Below are positions 9,225-19,726 of a DNA stretch of 64,000 nucleotides, piece by piece. The DNA is from a bacterium (GTDB taxonomy: Bacteria > Patescibacteriota > Dojkabacteria > JAKAPS01 > JAJZLI01), in assembly GCA_021816845.1 (NCBI GenBank), contig JAKAWT010000001.1:262087-326086 (forward strand), read 5' to 3'. The first letter of the stretch is position 1, and each line of letters begins with the position of its first letter. The notes below the pieces were generated by a model. It was not told where the DNA came from, did not search any database, and saw only the letters and a list, made by a program, of their open reading frames with translations. A program made the position numbers and the translations under genes.

Positions 9225-9908
9225 TTATTTTGATCCAGAAACTATTGGACCTGTATATTCATCAAAGTCACCTCTAATTTTAGCATTCATAGGATTATAT
9301 ATGCTATAGAAAAGTTTTATTAAATCTGCACTCTCAAGTTGCCTAGATCTTAATCCCATTCTAGAGAGTTGCTTGATTATGTGATCCCTCCTTGGATAAA
9401 GCCTGATTTTTGCAGCCTCAACCAACTTAGTAGTATCTCCAAGTTTAGCTTGTTTACCAAAGAACTGTTTAATAAAAGAAGGTTTCTTAGGCATTGATGC
9501 AAGATATGGAATGACAATATAGAAATGTTTATCTAGAACATTATTTTTCACAATTAAATCCTTAATATTTTTTCTATAAATATCTATTTGGTATTTAATT
9601 TTAGGATCTCTCTGCTTTAATTTATACTCATCAAGATGCTTTAAATATCTTGATATATCAATATTTTCAGTATGTATCATAACTTGGATATAAAAACCGA
9701 GAGAATTTAGTAATCCTGCAAATGCATATATTTTAGATTCCTGCTCAATCTCAGATAAAAGATAGAAATTTACAGCAGAAGTCTCAATGACTATACATAC
9801 ATTTCCATTCTTTAGAATAAGAAGATTATCTTTAATATCTTCTATATCAAGATGATCTTGAGTTGTTGCTACTATAGGTACCCTTTTAGGATCAGATAAA
9901 ATTGACAT
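9225..9908 (-). CDS. VirB4-associated conserved protein
   Basis: TQDHLDIEDIKDNLLILKNG...SAVNF.LLSE.EQ...FAGLLNSL. Lies between the PrgI-like gene and virB4. Confidence 0.7.
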   Translation of the reverse strand: MSILSDPKRVPIVATTQDHLDIEDIKDNLLILKNGNVCIVIETSAVNFYLLSEIEQESKIYAFAGLLNSLGFYIQVMIHTENIDISRYLKHLDEYKLKQRDPKIKYQIDIYRKNIKDLIVKNNVLDKHFYIVIPYLASMPKKPSFIKQFFGKQAKLGDTTKLVEAAKIRLYPRRDHIIKQLSRMGLRSRQLESADLIKLFYSIYNPMNAKIRGDFDEYTGPIVSGSK

Positions 9909-9911
9909 AAT

Positions 9912-11819
9912 TTATATTCCACTAATATTTGTTTTTTCCTCCTTTGATACAGGTATGAACATAAAAGGAGGGATTATTTGGCCACTAATTTCTATTGTTG
10001 CAGTATTAAACTTGTATCCTGCTGCATCAACCTCTATTTCATATCTACCTAAAGGTAAAGGTGTTCTTGTGAAAAACTGCCCTAATTGATTAGTTTTTAC
10101 AGCCCTAACAGGTTTTTGGTTTGTATCTTTTACTATAACTATAGCGTTGTTCAGTATTTTATCCTCATCTGTAATAACAACTCCTGCAACAACATTAGCA
10201 ACCTTTGTAAACTCTGGAAGATGATCAATTAATTGCTGTCTAGTAAGGCCTATAGATTGATCTTGATTGGTCTGATCTAAATTACCTGGTGTATTATCAG
10301 ATTTTTTTTCTTCATGTATCAAAGATTGATCCTGTGGTTGACCTTGGGCCTGAGGTCCTTGGGCCTGAGGACCTTGGATCTGAGGTCCTTGGACTGACTC
10401 TTGATCTGATGTCTGCATATTTCCAAAATCCTGTGATTTAGGTGCAGACAAAGTTGGTTCTGTAAATTTTTGCCCATCTTGTTCTGCAGATACAGACTTC
10501 TCTGTAAGCTGAGTTTTCAATCTCTGGTTTTCTTCCTCTAATGCCTGTATCCTTGTTAATATTTTAGCAAGCTCGGCTTCTCTTGACTCACCCTCAGAAT
10601 GAGTTGTTGCAGCAACTGTGGGATCAAGATCCTTGGGATCAAGATCCGTTGGATTAAGATCCTTGGGATTAAGATCCTTGAGATCGGGTTCCTCGGGATC
10701 AAGTTCCGCGGATTTGACTTGAGTATTATTTGATGTATTTGAAGATAGGTCTGTGGAAACAGCTTTAGTATCAATACTTGAAGATACATCTTGTTGCACT
10801 ACATCCGCCTCTTCTTTATTAATGGTAGTTGGCTCTGTAGAAGATGTTACTGTTTGCTCTTGTGGAATCGTTTGAGTAGGTGATGTATTTTCAGTATTAA
10901 TCTGATCGACAATATCTTGAAAAGGATTATCTATCTGCCCAACATTAGAGGTTTCAGGTTTAGCTTGGGTATTTATAAAATCATCTCTAATATTGGGATT
11001 TACAGATGATCTAACTTCTTCTGCTGCAGAGACTGGAGTTATGTTATTTATATTGAAAGGATTGTACTGAGGGATTTTATCTCCATCTTTAGTATCTTCA
11101 CTACCAGTTGAAGTATTGGGTATAGCACCTGGTATGTCAGGACCATTAGATATAGAACCTATCCCTTGAAGATTATCTTTCTGAAGATTACCATCCTGTA
11201 TGGGCATTCCTGATAGAATATTTGGACTTGCAACAAAAGGGTCACTCGCTACATGCATTGTAGACCCCTGATTAAACAAATCAGTTCCTAGATTTGAAGG
11301 TGGCGTAGACCCACTAGTAGATCCATTAGATATCATACTATTTATCTTATCAATATTTGCAATTAAAGTCTTCTCCTTTACATCAAGGGCGTTATCTACT
11401 GCATCTTCATTAACTGAATTTAGTGAATTATCAAAAGGAGATTGGTATAGAAACATAGAAACATCTTTTTTATTGTTATTTTTATTAACCATAGGCCTAT
11501 CAATCTTCAAAATATTGGGTATAACTTCATTTTTCTTCCAAACCCTTTGGGTAGGATTTTTTATTGCAACTATAAAATTTGTAATCCACTCATCTAGAGG
11601 TCTATCATCAATAGGAACAAAAGCTATTGCCAAAGCTAAAAGAACAAATATTGCAGTAAATGGAACAGTTATGTAGTTACTTATTTTTACAACATACATT
11701 ATAAATCCAATCAACAAAGGTGTTGCAATTATAAGGAATTGCCTCATAGACATATTCCCTATAAGTTTAAACTGAATACTCATTATATTTTGAGGAATTG
11801 AATGCTGTTTCTCGTTCAT
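9912..11819 (-). CDS. PrgI-family protein with a long disordered linker and C-terminal carboxypeptidase-regulatory-like (Ig-like) domain
   Basis: N-terminal QHSIPQNI..QFKLIG.MSMRQF, two TMs, DRPLDEW, PTQRVWKK. C-terminal PVRAVKTNQLGQF..LPLGRYEIEV. Confidence 0.8.
   Translation of the reverse strand: MNEKQHSIPQNIMSIQFKLIGNMSMRQFLIIATPLLIGFIMYVVKISNYITVPFTAIFVLLALAIAFVPIDDRPLDEWITNFIVAIKNPTQRVWKKNEVIPNILKIDRPMVNKNNNKKDVSMFLYQSPFDNSLNSVNEDAVDNALDVKEKTLIANIDKINSMISNGSTSGSTPPSNLGTDLFNQGSTMHVASDPFVASPNILSGMPIQDGNLQKDNLQGIGSISNGPDIPGAIPNTSTGSEDTKDGDKIPQYNPFNINNITPVSAAEEVRSSVNPNIRDDFINTQAKPETSNVGQIDNPFQDIVDQINTENTSPTQTIPQEQTVTSSTEPTTINKEEADVVQQDVSSSIDTKAVSTDLSSNTSNNTQVKSAELDPEEPDLKDLNPKDLNPTDLDPKDLDPTVAATTHSEGESREAELAKILTRIQALEEENQRLKTQLTEKSVSAEQDGQKFTEPTLSAPKSQDFGNMQTSDQESVQGPQIQGPQAQGPQAQGQPQDQSLIHEEKKSDNTPGNLDQTNQDQSIGLTRQQLIDHLPEFTKVANVVAGVVITDEDKILNNAIVIVKDTNQKPVRAVKTNQLGQFFTRTPLPLGRYEIEVDAAGYKFNTATIEISGQIIPPFMFIPVSKEEKTNISGI
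10342..10395. repeat. 15-bp-period array, 13+2 variant, 3-4 units
   Basis: ccttgggcctgaggt / ccttgggcctgagga / ccttggatctgaggt / ccttggact. Encodes QGPQI QGPQA QGPQA. Confidence 0.85.
10621..10707. repeat. 15-bp-period palindromic array, 6 units
   Basis: ggatcaagatcc-ttg-ggatcaagatcc-gtt-ggattaagatcc-ttg-ggattaagatcc-ttg-agatcgggttcc-tcg-ggatcaagttcc. Encodes ELDPE EPDLK DLNPK DLNPT DLDPK DLDP. Confidence 0.92.
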
Positions 11820-11903
11820 CTTGATACTAAGATAGCATAAAATACCATATAATAAAAGTCTTTATAGTCTTTTTAAAAGCCATATAAATAACAATTATTG
11901 ACG

Positions 11904-12473
11904 ATGAATTATAATATATACTATAATGTCTTTGATATGTTAAATGAAGAAGTATTACTTACAAATTCCAGAGAAAATGAGATAGATTGGCCAGAGATTC
12001 CATTTATAGATCTTAGAACGGGACCAAAAGGTTCAGAAATATATGATAAATATAGACAAATAGCAGAAAGAGCCGCTATCGTTAAAAATGGATTAAAGGG
12101 ATTACCAAGAATTCTGAGAGAAGACATACCAGAAGATTATATAGCAATATCTCCAGCTATGATAAAAAGAAATTGTGTAATTAAAAAACCATCTGGTATA
12201 AAAAAGTTAGAAGAAGATTTTATATATTCAATTATTATTCTCCTAGAAGACAAAACTACAAAATCTGCTATCGGTGAAGTATATATTTCAAGACCTAAGA
12301 ATAATTCTAGGGATACTATTGTAGTAAGGAAAAAAGTGTTTGATTCATTTTTAGAAAACAAAAATATTGAAGTAAATGAAGATAACATGAGATTAGATTT
12401 CCTAGAGAGTAGATTAAGAAATCTATATCAGAGATACCCCAAAATAGCCGAAGAAATCTTTGATAATAAATAA
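11904..12473 (+). CDS. Hypothetical protein
   Basis: ~190-aa ORF filling the gap before the HAD gene. ATG at 11904 preferred over TTG at 11898. No recognised motif. Confidence 0.6.
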   Translation: MNYNIYYNVFDMLNEEVLLTNSRENEIDWPEIPFIDLRTGPKGSEIYDKYRQIAERAAIVKNGLKGLPRILREDIPEDYIAISPAMIKRNCVIKKPSGIKKLEEDFIYSIIILLEDKTTKSAIGEVYISRPKNNSRDTIVVRKKVFDSFLENKNIEVNEDNMRLDFLESRLRNLYQRYPKIAEEIFDNK

Positions 12474-12479
12474 ATTTAT

Positions 12480-13148
12480 ATGGAGAATTTTAAAAATATA
12501 AAATTCATATATTTTGACCTTGAAGGAGTTCTTGTAGAAAAAAATTCCATAGACAAAGAAACCATGGCTGGAATAATAGGTGTTAGCAAAGAAGTTTTTA
12601 TAGAAGAATATAAACAATATATAAAAAAGCATATTGATGAAAAAAAATCCATTAGGGATCTTGAATCTGAAAAAATATTTTTTGAAGGACTATTCAAAGA
12701 AGTATGTAAAAATGTAGGGAGAGCCTACAATAAAGAATTCATAAATGTCCTTATTCATCTAGAAACCCACAAAGATTTTAAATTAATTGATAATGTTAAA
12801 CTTGTACTGTCTATACTGCATGAAAAGTACAAATTAGGTATATTATCTAATGCATATCCATCAAGAAGAATAACAATATTAGATAAATATAAATTACATG
12901 ATTTTTTTGATGTTATAATATTATCTTTAGAATTAGGATACATGAAACCAGAAAATAATGTATATGAGTATGCACTATCACAATCTAAAGTTTTACCAGA
13001 ACAGATATTGTTTATAGATGATAATATTAAAATGTTAGAAGGTGCAATGAATATTGGAATAGACAATTTAATACTTTTTGGTAATAGACCTACTAAATTT
13101 AAGAGTATACAGAAATTCAAAGAATTACTTGAAATTCTCCAAAACTAA
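12480..13148 (+). CDS. HAD-superfamily hydrolase (subfamily IA)
   Basis: Motifs YFDLEGVL, ILSN, MKP and LFIDD. Confidence 0.85.
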   Translation: MENFKNIKFIYFDLEGVLVEKNSIDKETMAGIIGVSKEVFIEEYKQYIKKHIDEKKSIRDLESEKIFFEGLFKEVCKNVGRAYNKEFINVLIHLETHKDFKLIDNVKLVLSILHEKYKLGILSNAYPSRRITILDKYKLHDFFDVIILSLELGYMKPENNVYEYALSQSKVLPEQILFIDDNIKMLEGAMNIGIDNLILFGNRPTKFKSIQKFKELLEILQN

Positions 13149-13214
13149 TTAGGATACATTGTTTTTTACCCAAATTATATATAATATAATAAAGTATCTA
13201 AGATCAAATATTAT

Positions 13215-14081
13215 ATGAGAAAAAAGATAACAAAAGCTGTAATAGCATTGGCTGGGTACGGAACTAGATTCCTACCTGCAACAAAGGTACAGCCTAAAGA
13301 GATGCTACCAATCATAGATAAACCTGTCATTCAATATCTTGTAGAAGAATTAATTCAATCAGGCATAGAAGATATAATAATGGTAACTCGAGGGCAATAC
13401 ACTCTAGAGAGCCACTTTGATAACAATGTTGATCTTGAGGAACATCTCAGGAAAGAAGGTAAAAATAAAGCTTTGGACGAGATTAGATCGTTACCAAAAA
13501 AAGCTAATTACATATATGTAAGACAAAAAAAACACCTTCCATATGGGAATGGAACCCCCTTAATAGTTGCAAGAAATCTAATAAAAGACGAAGAACAGTT
13601 CATATATATGTTTGGAGATGACCTTGTAAAGGCGAATGTTCCTGCAACAAAACAGCTAATTGAGTTTGCAAATCAACATCCTGGCAAGATTGTTCTTGCA
13701 GCACAGGAAGTATCAAAATCAGATGTATCAAAATATGGAATAATTAAACTTAAGAATGATAACATAACAGTTGAATCTATAGTTGAAAAGCCAAAAGAGG
13801 AAGAAACCAATTCCACACTTGCTACATTCGGCAGATTTATACTAAACAAAGATGTATTAAAGGAACTTGACAAAAAAATAATAGGTAAAAATAATGAATT
13901 ATGGCTTATTGATGCAATATCTAAACTAGCCAAAGAGGAGAAAGTTGTTGCAACTAAAATAGATGGAAAATGGCTTACTACTGGAGACCCATTAAACTTT
14001 TTAAAAACAACAGTTGAGTATATAAAAGATAGGGATGATCTGTGGAAAGACTTCAGAGAGTTTCTTAAATCGCAAATTTAG
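13215..14081 (+). CDS. galU: UTP-glucose-1-phosphate uridylyltransferase
   Basis: AGYGTRFLPATK..PKEMLPI.DKP, YVRQ, VEKP. Confidence 0.92.
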   Translation: MRKKITKAVIALAGYGTRFLPATKVQPKEMLPIIDKPVIQYLVEELIQSGIEDIIMVTRGQYTLESHFDNNVDLEEHLRKEGKNKALDEIRSLPKKANYIYVRQKKHLPYGNGTPLIVARNLIKDEEQFIYMFGDDLVKANVPATKQLIEFANQHPGKIVLAAQEVSKSDVSKYGIIKLKNDNITVESIVEKPKEEETNSTLATFGRFILNKDVLKELDKKIIGKNNELWLIDAISKLAKEEKVVATKIDGKWLTTGDPLNFLKTTVEYIKDRDDLWKDFREFLKSQI

Positions 14082-14092
14082 ATAATAAAGAT

Positions 14093-15529
14093 ATGGATAA
14101 TCAACAAAATATAGAACAAAATAACAACGGAGGTACAGTAAATAGCTCTATACCACAGAATACTGGAAATATACAATTTCAAAGTAACCTTCCCACAGAA
14201 GAAGAGGTAGCTAAGCTCAAACATAGAAGAAAAAGACTGATTTGGATACTCATCATAGTTTCTTTAATAATTATAATAGTAGGAATTTTATATATATATA
14301 TAATAGATATAGGGAGAACATCAAATACTCAATCTAATAATAAAATAAGCCTCACCATGTGGGGGATTAGTCAACCAGCAATGTCATATACGAATTTAAT
14401 TAGTCAATTTGAAAAACAAAACCCTAATGTTTCCATTAATTATGTGCAAATTCCAGATCAATATTATGAGAGCTTTCTTGTTAACAAATTAAAAAGTGGT
14501 GTGAGCTTACCAGATATAGTTAGTATAGGGAATACATACCTTCCTTTAGTTAAAAATTATCTTTATCCTGCTCCACCATCAATATATAACATGAATAATT
14601 TCAAAAATGAATTCTATAAAACTGCTACAGAGGATTTAACATCTAATAATCAAATCTATGCTGCCCCTAATTCTTATGATGGATTGGCTTTACTCTATAA
14701 TAAAACTGAATTTGCTAAAGCAGGGCTTTCAGCTCCATCTTCAAATTTTAATACTTTTGTATCTGAGATACCTAAACTTGTGGTGAAAAATAGTGCTGGT
14801 CAAGTAACGCAAGCTGCTATAGATATAGGGCAAAACACATCCAATATATATAATGCCTCAAATATACTAACTTTATTTATGTTGATGTCAGGAACTCATA
14901 TGACGTCTTCAAATCAGGTAACATTTGCAAATGGTGTGAATGGAGCTAATGCACTAAATGAGTATCTTCAAATATCAAAAGTTGATGGATGGTCATCACA
15001 GTTTCCCTCTGCAATATCTGCTTTTGCAAATGGAGCTGTAGCAATGGTATACGCACCTGCATGGCAAATAACCAACATATTAACAATAAATAAAAGTCTC
15101 AATTTAGGTGTTATGGAGCCACCTCAACTACCTGGACAAACAATAAACCTTTCCTTATATTTTGCAAGGGCTGTCCCACGAGAATCTTTACACCCTGTAA
15201 CTGCGTGGAAATTCATACGATTTTTGGAACAAAAACAAAGCCTTATATCTCTTGCAAATACAGAAACCAAGGTAGAAAACGAACCGATTGCAAATATATT
15301 CCCAAGGATGGATATGGCATCTCTTGCAACAGGATATAACTATATGCCAGCATTTATCAAAATGGCACCAACCTCTAAGTCATGGCTTATGGGTGATTAT
15401 GCTAATGTATCTAATATATTAGATAATGTGATAGCACAAAATATTACATTAAAACAGGCACAATCAGAAGTTTTGAAAATATTAATTGATATTTATAATG
15501 GGACATATAAAATGCCTCCTCAAGAGTAA
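14093..15529 (+). CDS. Membrane-anchored extracellular solute-binding protein (family 1, sugar-type)
   Basis: Single TM, then LTMWG, FEKQNPNVSINY, PDIV, LLYNK..F.KAGL and FANG.VAM. No ABC permease nearby. Confidence 0.8.
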   Translation: MDNQQNIEQNNNGGTVNSSIPQNTGNIQFQSNLPTEEEVAKLKHRRKRLIWILIIVSLIIIIVGILYIYIIDIGRTSNTQSNNKISLTMWGISQPAMSYTNLISQFEKQNPNVSINYVQIPDQYYESFLVNKLKSGVSLPDIVSIGNTYLPLVKNYLYPAPPSIYNMNNFKNEFYKTATEDLTSNNQIYAAPNSYDGLALLYNKTEFAKAGLSAPSSNFNTFVSEIPKLVVKNSAGQVTQAAIDIGQNTSNIYNASNILTLFMLMSGTHMTSSNQVTFANGVNGANALNEYLQISKVDGWSSQFPSAISAFANGAVAMVYAPAWQITNILTINKSLNLGVMEPPQLPGQTINLSLYFARAVPRESLHPVTAWKFIRFLEQKQSLISLANTETKVENEPIANIFPRMDMASLATGYNYMPAFIKMAPTSKSWLMGDYANVSNILDNVIAQNITLKQAQSEVLKILIDIYNGTYKMPPQE

Positions 15530-15566
15530 TTATAAAATATAAATATACAAGTATGAACATACAATT

Positions 15567-17234
15567 ATGAATCTTAAAAATATATTAGTATCTAAAAATT
15601 ATATATCAGAAAGTCTTTATACAGAACTAGAAGAGAAGGCAAAACAATTGAATACTTCTGTAGAAGATTTGTTGATAGCGCAGAATACTATAACTGAAGA
15701 TAAATTAGGAGAGATAGTTGAGAGTGAACTTAATATCCCTTATATCTCTCTAGCTCATAAAACTATAGATCCAGCTGTAGTAAAAATAATACCTGAAAAA
15801 ACAGCAATAGAAAAAAAGATAGTTGCATTTGATAAGACAACATCAACTTTAAAAATAGGAATGACTAACCCTAGAGATATTAATACTATTGAGTTTATAA
15901 AAAAAGGTACTGGATATAACATAGATCCATATTTTATAACAGAAAAATCTTTCTATGAAGGACTAAAATTTTATAAAACATCCATAAGAGAAGAATTGAA
16001 AGATATAATCGAAAAGAATGCAAAAGAATCTAAAAATGTTAAGTCAGGTGAGACAGAAGCATTGCCTATTATAAATATTACAGACACAATACTTGAATAT
16101 GCAAAAACTATGGGAGCATCAGATATTCACATAGAACCGATGGAAACTGAAGCAATAGTAAGATATAGAATAGATGGGATATTGCATGATCAAGCCACTT
16201 ATCCACTACCAGTACACCAAGCAGTGCTCGCAAGAATAAAAATTCTAGCAAACTTAAAAATCGATGAACACAGACTTCCACAAGATGGAAGATTTAAATC
16301 AACAATTAGTGATAGAGATATATCTTTTAGAGTCTCCATAATGCCAGTTTACTCTGGTGAAGTCTTAGTCATGAGATTACTTGAGGATAACGCAAAGGAA
16401 TATAGTCTGGAGAGTTTAGGTATGGCAGGGAGAGATTTATCTGTTATACAAGATGCAATAAAAAGAACTGTAGGTATGATCCTTGTAACAGGACCAACTG
16501 GATCTGGAAAAAGTACAACTCTATATACTGTGCTATCGGAATTGAATACACCAGAAGTAAATTTAGACACTATTGAAGATCCTATTGAATATTCTATGCC
16601 AAGAGTCAATCAAACCCAAGTAAATGCAAACATAGGACTTACTTTTGCGTCGGGGTTACGTTCATTTTTAAGACAAGACCCTGATGTTATCATGGTAGGG
16701 GAAATCAGAGATACTGAAACAGCAGATATTGCTATAAATGCTGCTATGACAGGACATTTGGTATTATCAACTCTTCATACCAATGACTCATCTGGAGCTA
16801 TTCCAAGGCTTATAGATATGCATATTGAATCATTTTTAGTATCATCTACTTTGAATGTTATAATAGCTCAAAGGCTTGTTAGAAAACTCTGTAACAATTG
16901 TAAGCTAGAGTATTCTCTAGATAAAAAATTAATAGAAATATTAGAAGAACAATATACAAAAAAAGGAGTCGACAAGAAAATAACAAAAGATAAATTCTTT
17001 AAACCACAGGGTTGTGAGTATTGTACTAATGGTTATAAGGGAAGAATAGGTATATATGAAGTTTTAGAGATTACAGATGATATAAAAACTTTAATAGCAA
17101 GAAGGGAAAATGCCAACGTAATACAGAAAGCTGCACAAGAGAGTGGTATGAGTTTGATGATAGAGGATGGCATGAGGAAAGCTGAAGAAGGAATAACTTC
17201 GCTTGAGGAAGTATTAAGGGTTGTTAAAGAATAA
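15567..17234 (+). CDS. pilB: Type IV pilus assembly ATPase PilB/GspE
   Basis: ASDIHIEP, LPQDGR, GPTGSGKST, EDPIEY, LRQDPD, TGHLVLSTLHTN and a tetracysteine motif. Confidence 0.93.
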   Translation: MNLKNILVSKNYISESLYTELEEKAKQLNTSVEDLLIAQNTITEDKLGEIVESELNIPYISLAHKTIDPAVVKIIPEKTAIEKKIVAFDKTTSTLKIGMTNPRDINTIEFIKKGTGYNIDPYFITEKSFYEGLKFYKTSIREELKDIIEKNAKESKNVKSGETEALPIINITDTILEYAKTMGASDIHIEPMETEAIVRYRIDGILHDQATYPLPVHQAVLARIKILANLKIDEHRLPQDGRFKSTISDRDISFRVSIMPVYSGEVLVMRLLEDNAKEYSLESLGMAGRDLSVIQDAIKRTVGMILVTGPTGSGKSTTLYTVLSELNTPEVNLDTIEDPIEYSMPRVNQTQVNANIGLTFASGLRSFLRQDPDVIMVGEIRDTETADIAINAAMTGHLVLSTLHTNDSSGAIPRLIDMHIESFLVSSTLNVIIAQRLVRKLCNNCKLEYSLDKKLIEILEEQYTKKGVDKKITKDKFFKPQGCEYCTNGYKGRIGIYEVLEITDDIKTLIARRENANVIQKAAQESGMSLMIEDGMRKAEEGITSLEEVLRVVKE

Positions 17235-17262
17235 AATCCAATAATTTAAATATTCAAACATT

Positions 17263-18123
17263 ATGAGAAATTATATTGATAATGATTATTGTGTAGTTTT
17301 AAAAAAAGAAGATAGTGTATTTATAAAGACAGATATTTTACTCTTAATAGCACCTCATCCAGACGATGAAAGTCTTTCATCTGCAGGTATGATACAAAGA
17401 GCAATAGCAGCTGAGACTAAGGTTATCGTAATATTCATAACTAATGGTGATGGATTCAAAATAGCAACAAAAAGAAGTCATTTAAGACAAAAATTAACAC
17501 CAAATATATATAAAAAGTTTGCACTTCTAAGACAGAATGAAGCCATAGTTGCACTGTTGGAACTTGGTGTTAAACAAGATAATATAATATTTCTTGGGTT
17601 TCCAGATGGTGGATTGAAATCTCTATACACAACAAATTTTAAAAATCCTTTTAGGTCAAGAACGACAAAAGAAACTAAAGTTCCGTATGAAAATTCTTAT
17701 AGATATGAAGATCAATATACTGGAGAGAATCTACTGGATACCTTATCTACTATAATAGGTACTTATAAACCTACATATATAATATATCCAGATCCTAAAG
17801 ATACCCATGATGACCACAATGCTACTTCTCTGTTTATAAAAAAAGCTATAGAAAAAGAAAAATTAAATATAAATATAAAAGAACTAACTTATCTTATACA
17901 TTTTAAAGATTGGCCACAGTATACTATACAAAATCATAAAAAGTATGCCCGAATACCAAAATTATTAAGGGGAAAAGAAAAATTTCTTAATCTCGAACTT
18001 ACAGATGAAGAAGTTTCTAGGAAGAAAAAATCTTTATTATCACATAAGACTCAAGTAAAGCTTGTAAAACCTTTCTTCTTAGCCTTCACAAAAAGGAATG
18101 AGATTTTTATACTGAAGAAATAA
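17263..18123 (+). CDS. PIG-L/LmbE family deacetylase
   Basis: APHPDDE, TNGD, R..EA, LGFPDG, H.DH and H.TQ motifs. Confidence 0.88.
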   Translation: MRNYIDNDYCVVLKKEDSVFIKTDILLLIAPHPDDESLSSAGMIQRAIAAETKVIVIFITNGDGFKIATKRSHLRQKLTPNIYKKFALLRQNEAIVALLELGVKQDNIIFLGFPDGGLKSLYTTNFKNPFRSRTTKETKVPYENSYRYEDQYTGENLLDTLSTIIGTYKPTYIIYPDPKDTHDDHNATSLFIKKAIEKEKLNINIKELTYLIHFKDWPQYTIQNHKKYARIPKLLRGKEKFLNLELTDEEVSRKKKSLLSHKTQVKLVKPFFLAFTKRNEIFILKK

Positions 18124-18133
18124 AACTGCTAGA

Positions 18134-19621
18134 TTATAGTGCAAGGAGAAATAATATGTATGGAATATACAATACTCCATCTTTAAGCATTGGATTAAAA
18201 TCTTTTGTTAATATTATTTTTTTCAAAAATCCAAATTTTTTTGACAGATTTAAAAAGTTTTTTGTGTATTTAACATTAATACCTACTGCATAGTCTGAAT
18301 ATGATAATATAAAGTCTATTTCTTTTTCTCTATCTCTAAAATATTCTATTGATGTAGCAACTGATTTTTGTAGGAGGGAAATTAGAACTATATTTTCAAG
18401 ATATTTATTAAAAAGATCAATATTTGATAATATTTCTTCTAATTTTATTTTTAATATACTATTTCGTATTCCCATATCAATCAAGAATACCTTTATATTA
18501 GACACCTTGTTGATATTAGATCCATACTTTGAAAGAGTTAATATTAGATTAGATTCTCTAAGGAGAGATATATATCTTTCTAATGTTTCTCTATGAAGGC
18601 CAGTTTCTCGTACAAGCTCATTTAAAGAATATTCTTCGGAAGGGTGGGATGCAAAAAGAAAAAATAAATTAGCTAAAGAAGAAGTATTTTTTATATCTTC
18701 TAGAATATAGATATCTTCGAGTAATACTTTCTCAATTTGAGTTTGGTATAAATATTCATATTGGAGTGTAGTATCCTGGATCTCCCATCCTTCTATGAAT
18801 CCTCCTACTATTAAGTATTGCTCAAAGAGGAGATACAGTTCATCAGAGAATAAACTCAAACCTAAAGAGAATTTTTCGAATGTATCGAAAATTTTAGATA
18901 CAGGCAGATTAAATAATGTTTCTCCAAATTTTCCTATTAAACTAAGGTTTTTAGAAATTTCTTCTTTGGCCTGAATATCCAATTTATCATCAAAGGATAT
19001 TTTAAAGGATACAAATTCTGAGAAAGAAAAAGGATATATTTTGAAATTCTTTATTCTTCCGGCTAAAGATTCTTTACTTTTTGACACTATAGATGAAGAG
19101 ACTGATCCTGATACTATAAATTTTATATTATAATTTTTGAATCTAGATCCATTATCGTAATATTTTTTTAGGAATAGCTCCCAATCAGAAAATTTATGAA
19201 TTTCATCTATTAGAAAATAAACTTTTTCTGTGTTGAAATCTTTTAGATTCTCACCTTCCACATTTCTTAAAAGATAATACTTTTCATAAACTGAAAGTAT
19301 TTTATCAAAAAATACAGGGTTTCCTCTTTTTGAAAATATATAAGGATCATCCATTGAAAGGTAAACTATATTCTGAGGAAGTACATTCTCAATAATAATA
19401 AGATCCGATATAATCTGCTTTATAATAGTAGTCTTACCCACTCTTCTTGGTCCGGTTATTGATACAATTTGTCTTAGTTCTGTAACACTTACAAATATAT
19501 CATTATATACGAACCTCCTAAATAGTGGAGTATTTAGCGATGAATTTTTATTCTTCCACCAAGGATTATAAAATTCGAGAGTTTTCCTTATTATTTGATC
19601 TTCTAAATCTACACTAGACAT
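18134..19621 (-). CDS. AAA_14 + DUF4143 ATPase
   Basis: GPRRVGKTT, FLIDEIH, SGS, ESLAGR, YL..GGF, K.FLID.G and EIDFI. Confidence 0.85.
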   Translation of the reverse strand: MSSVDLEDQIIRKTLEFYNPWWKNKNSSLNTPLFRRFVYNDIFVSVTELRQIVSITGPRRVGKTTIIKQIISDLIIIENVLPQNIVYLSMDDPYIFSKRGNPVFFDKILSVYEKYYLLRNVEGENLKDFNTEKVYFLIDEIHKFSDWELFLKKYYDNGSRFKNYNIKFIVSGSVSSSIVSKSKESLAGRIKNFKIYPFSFSEFVSFKISFDDKLDIQAKEEISKNLSLIGKFGETLFNLPVSKIFDTFEKFSLGLSLFSDELYLLFEQYLIVGGFIEGWEIQDTTLQYEYLYQTQIEKVLLEDIYILEDIKNTSSLANLFFLFASHPSEEYSLNELVRETGLHRETLERYISLLRESNLILTLSKYGSNINKVSNIKVFLIDMGIRNSILKIKLEEILSNIDLFNKYLENIVLISLLQKSVATSIEYFRDREKEIDFILSYSDYAVGINVKYTKNFLNLSKKFGFLKKIILTKDFNPMLKDGVLYIPYILFLLAL

Positions 19622-19726
19622 ATAATATATTTAACAGAGAAACATAAAATATTGCAAGGTTTTAAATAAATACATTTAATTATACAACAAGATATAAAAA
19701 TGTATACATATTTTTATGCCTAACCA

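Noticed and set aside
10621-10707. Possible CRISPR array
   Set aside because: Units are 12 bp with 3-bp spacers inside an ORF. There are no unique ~30-bp spacers and no cas genes.
10556-10789. Alternative-frame ORF with RILIP repeats
   Set aside because: It is a by-product of the 15-bp array read in another frame, nested in the PrgI-like gene.
584-11819. Integrative conjugative element or prophage
   Set aside because: No integrase, relaxase, att repeats or phage structural genes were recognised in the window.
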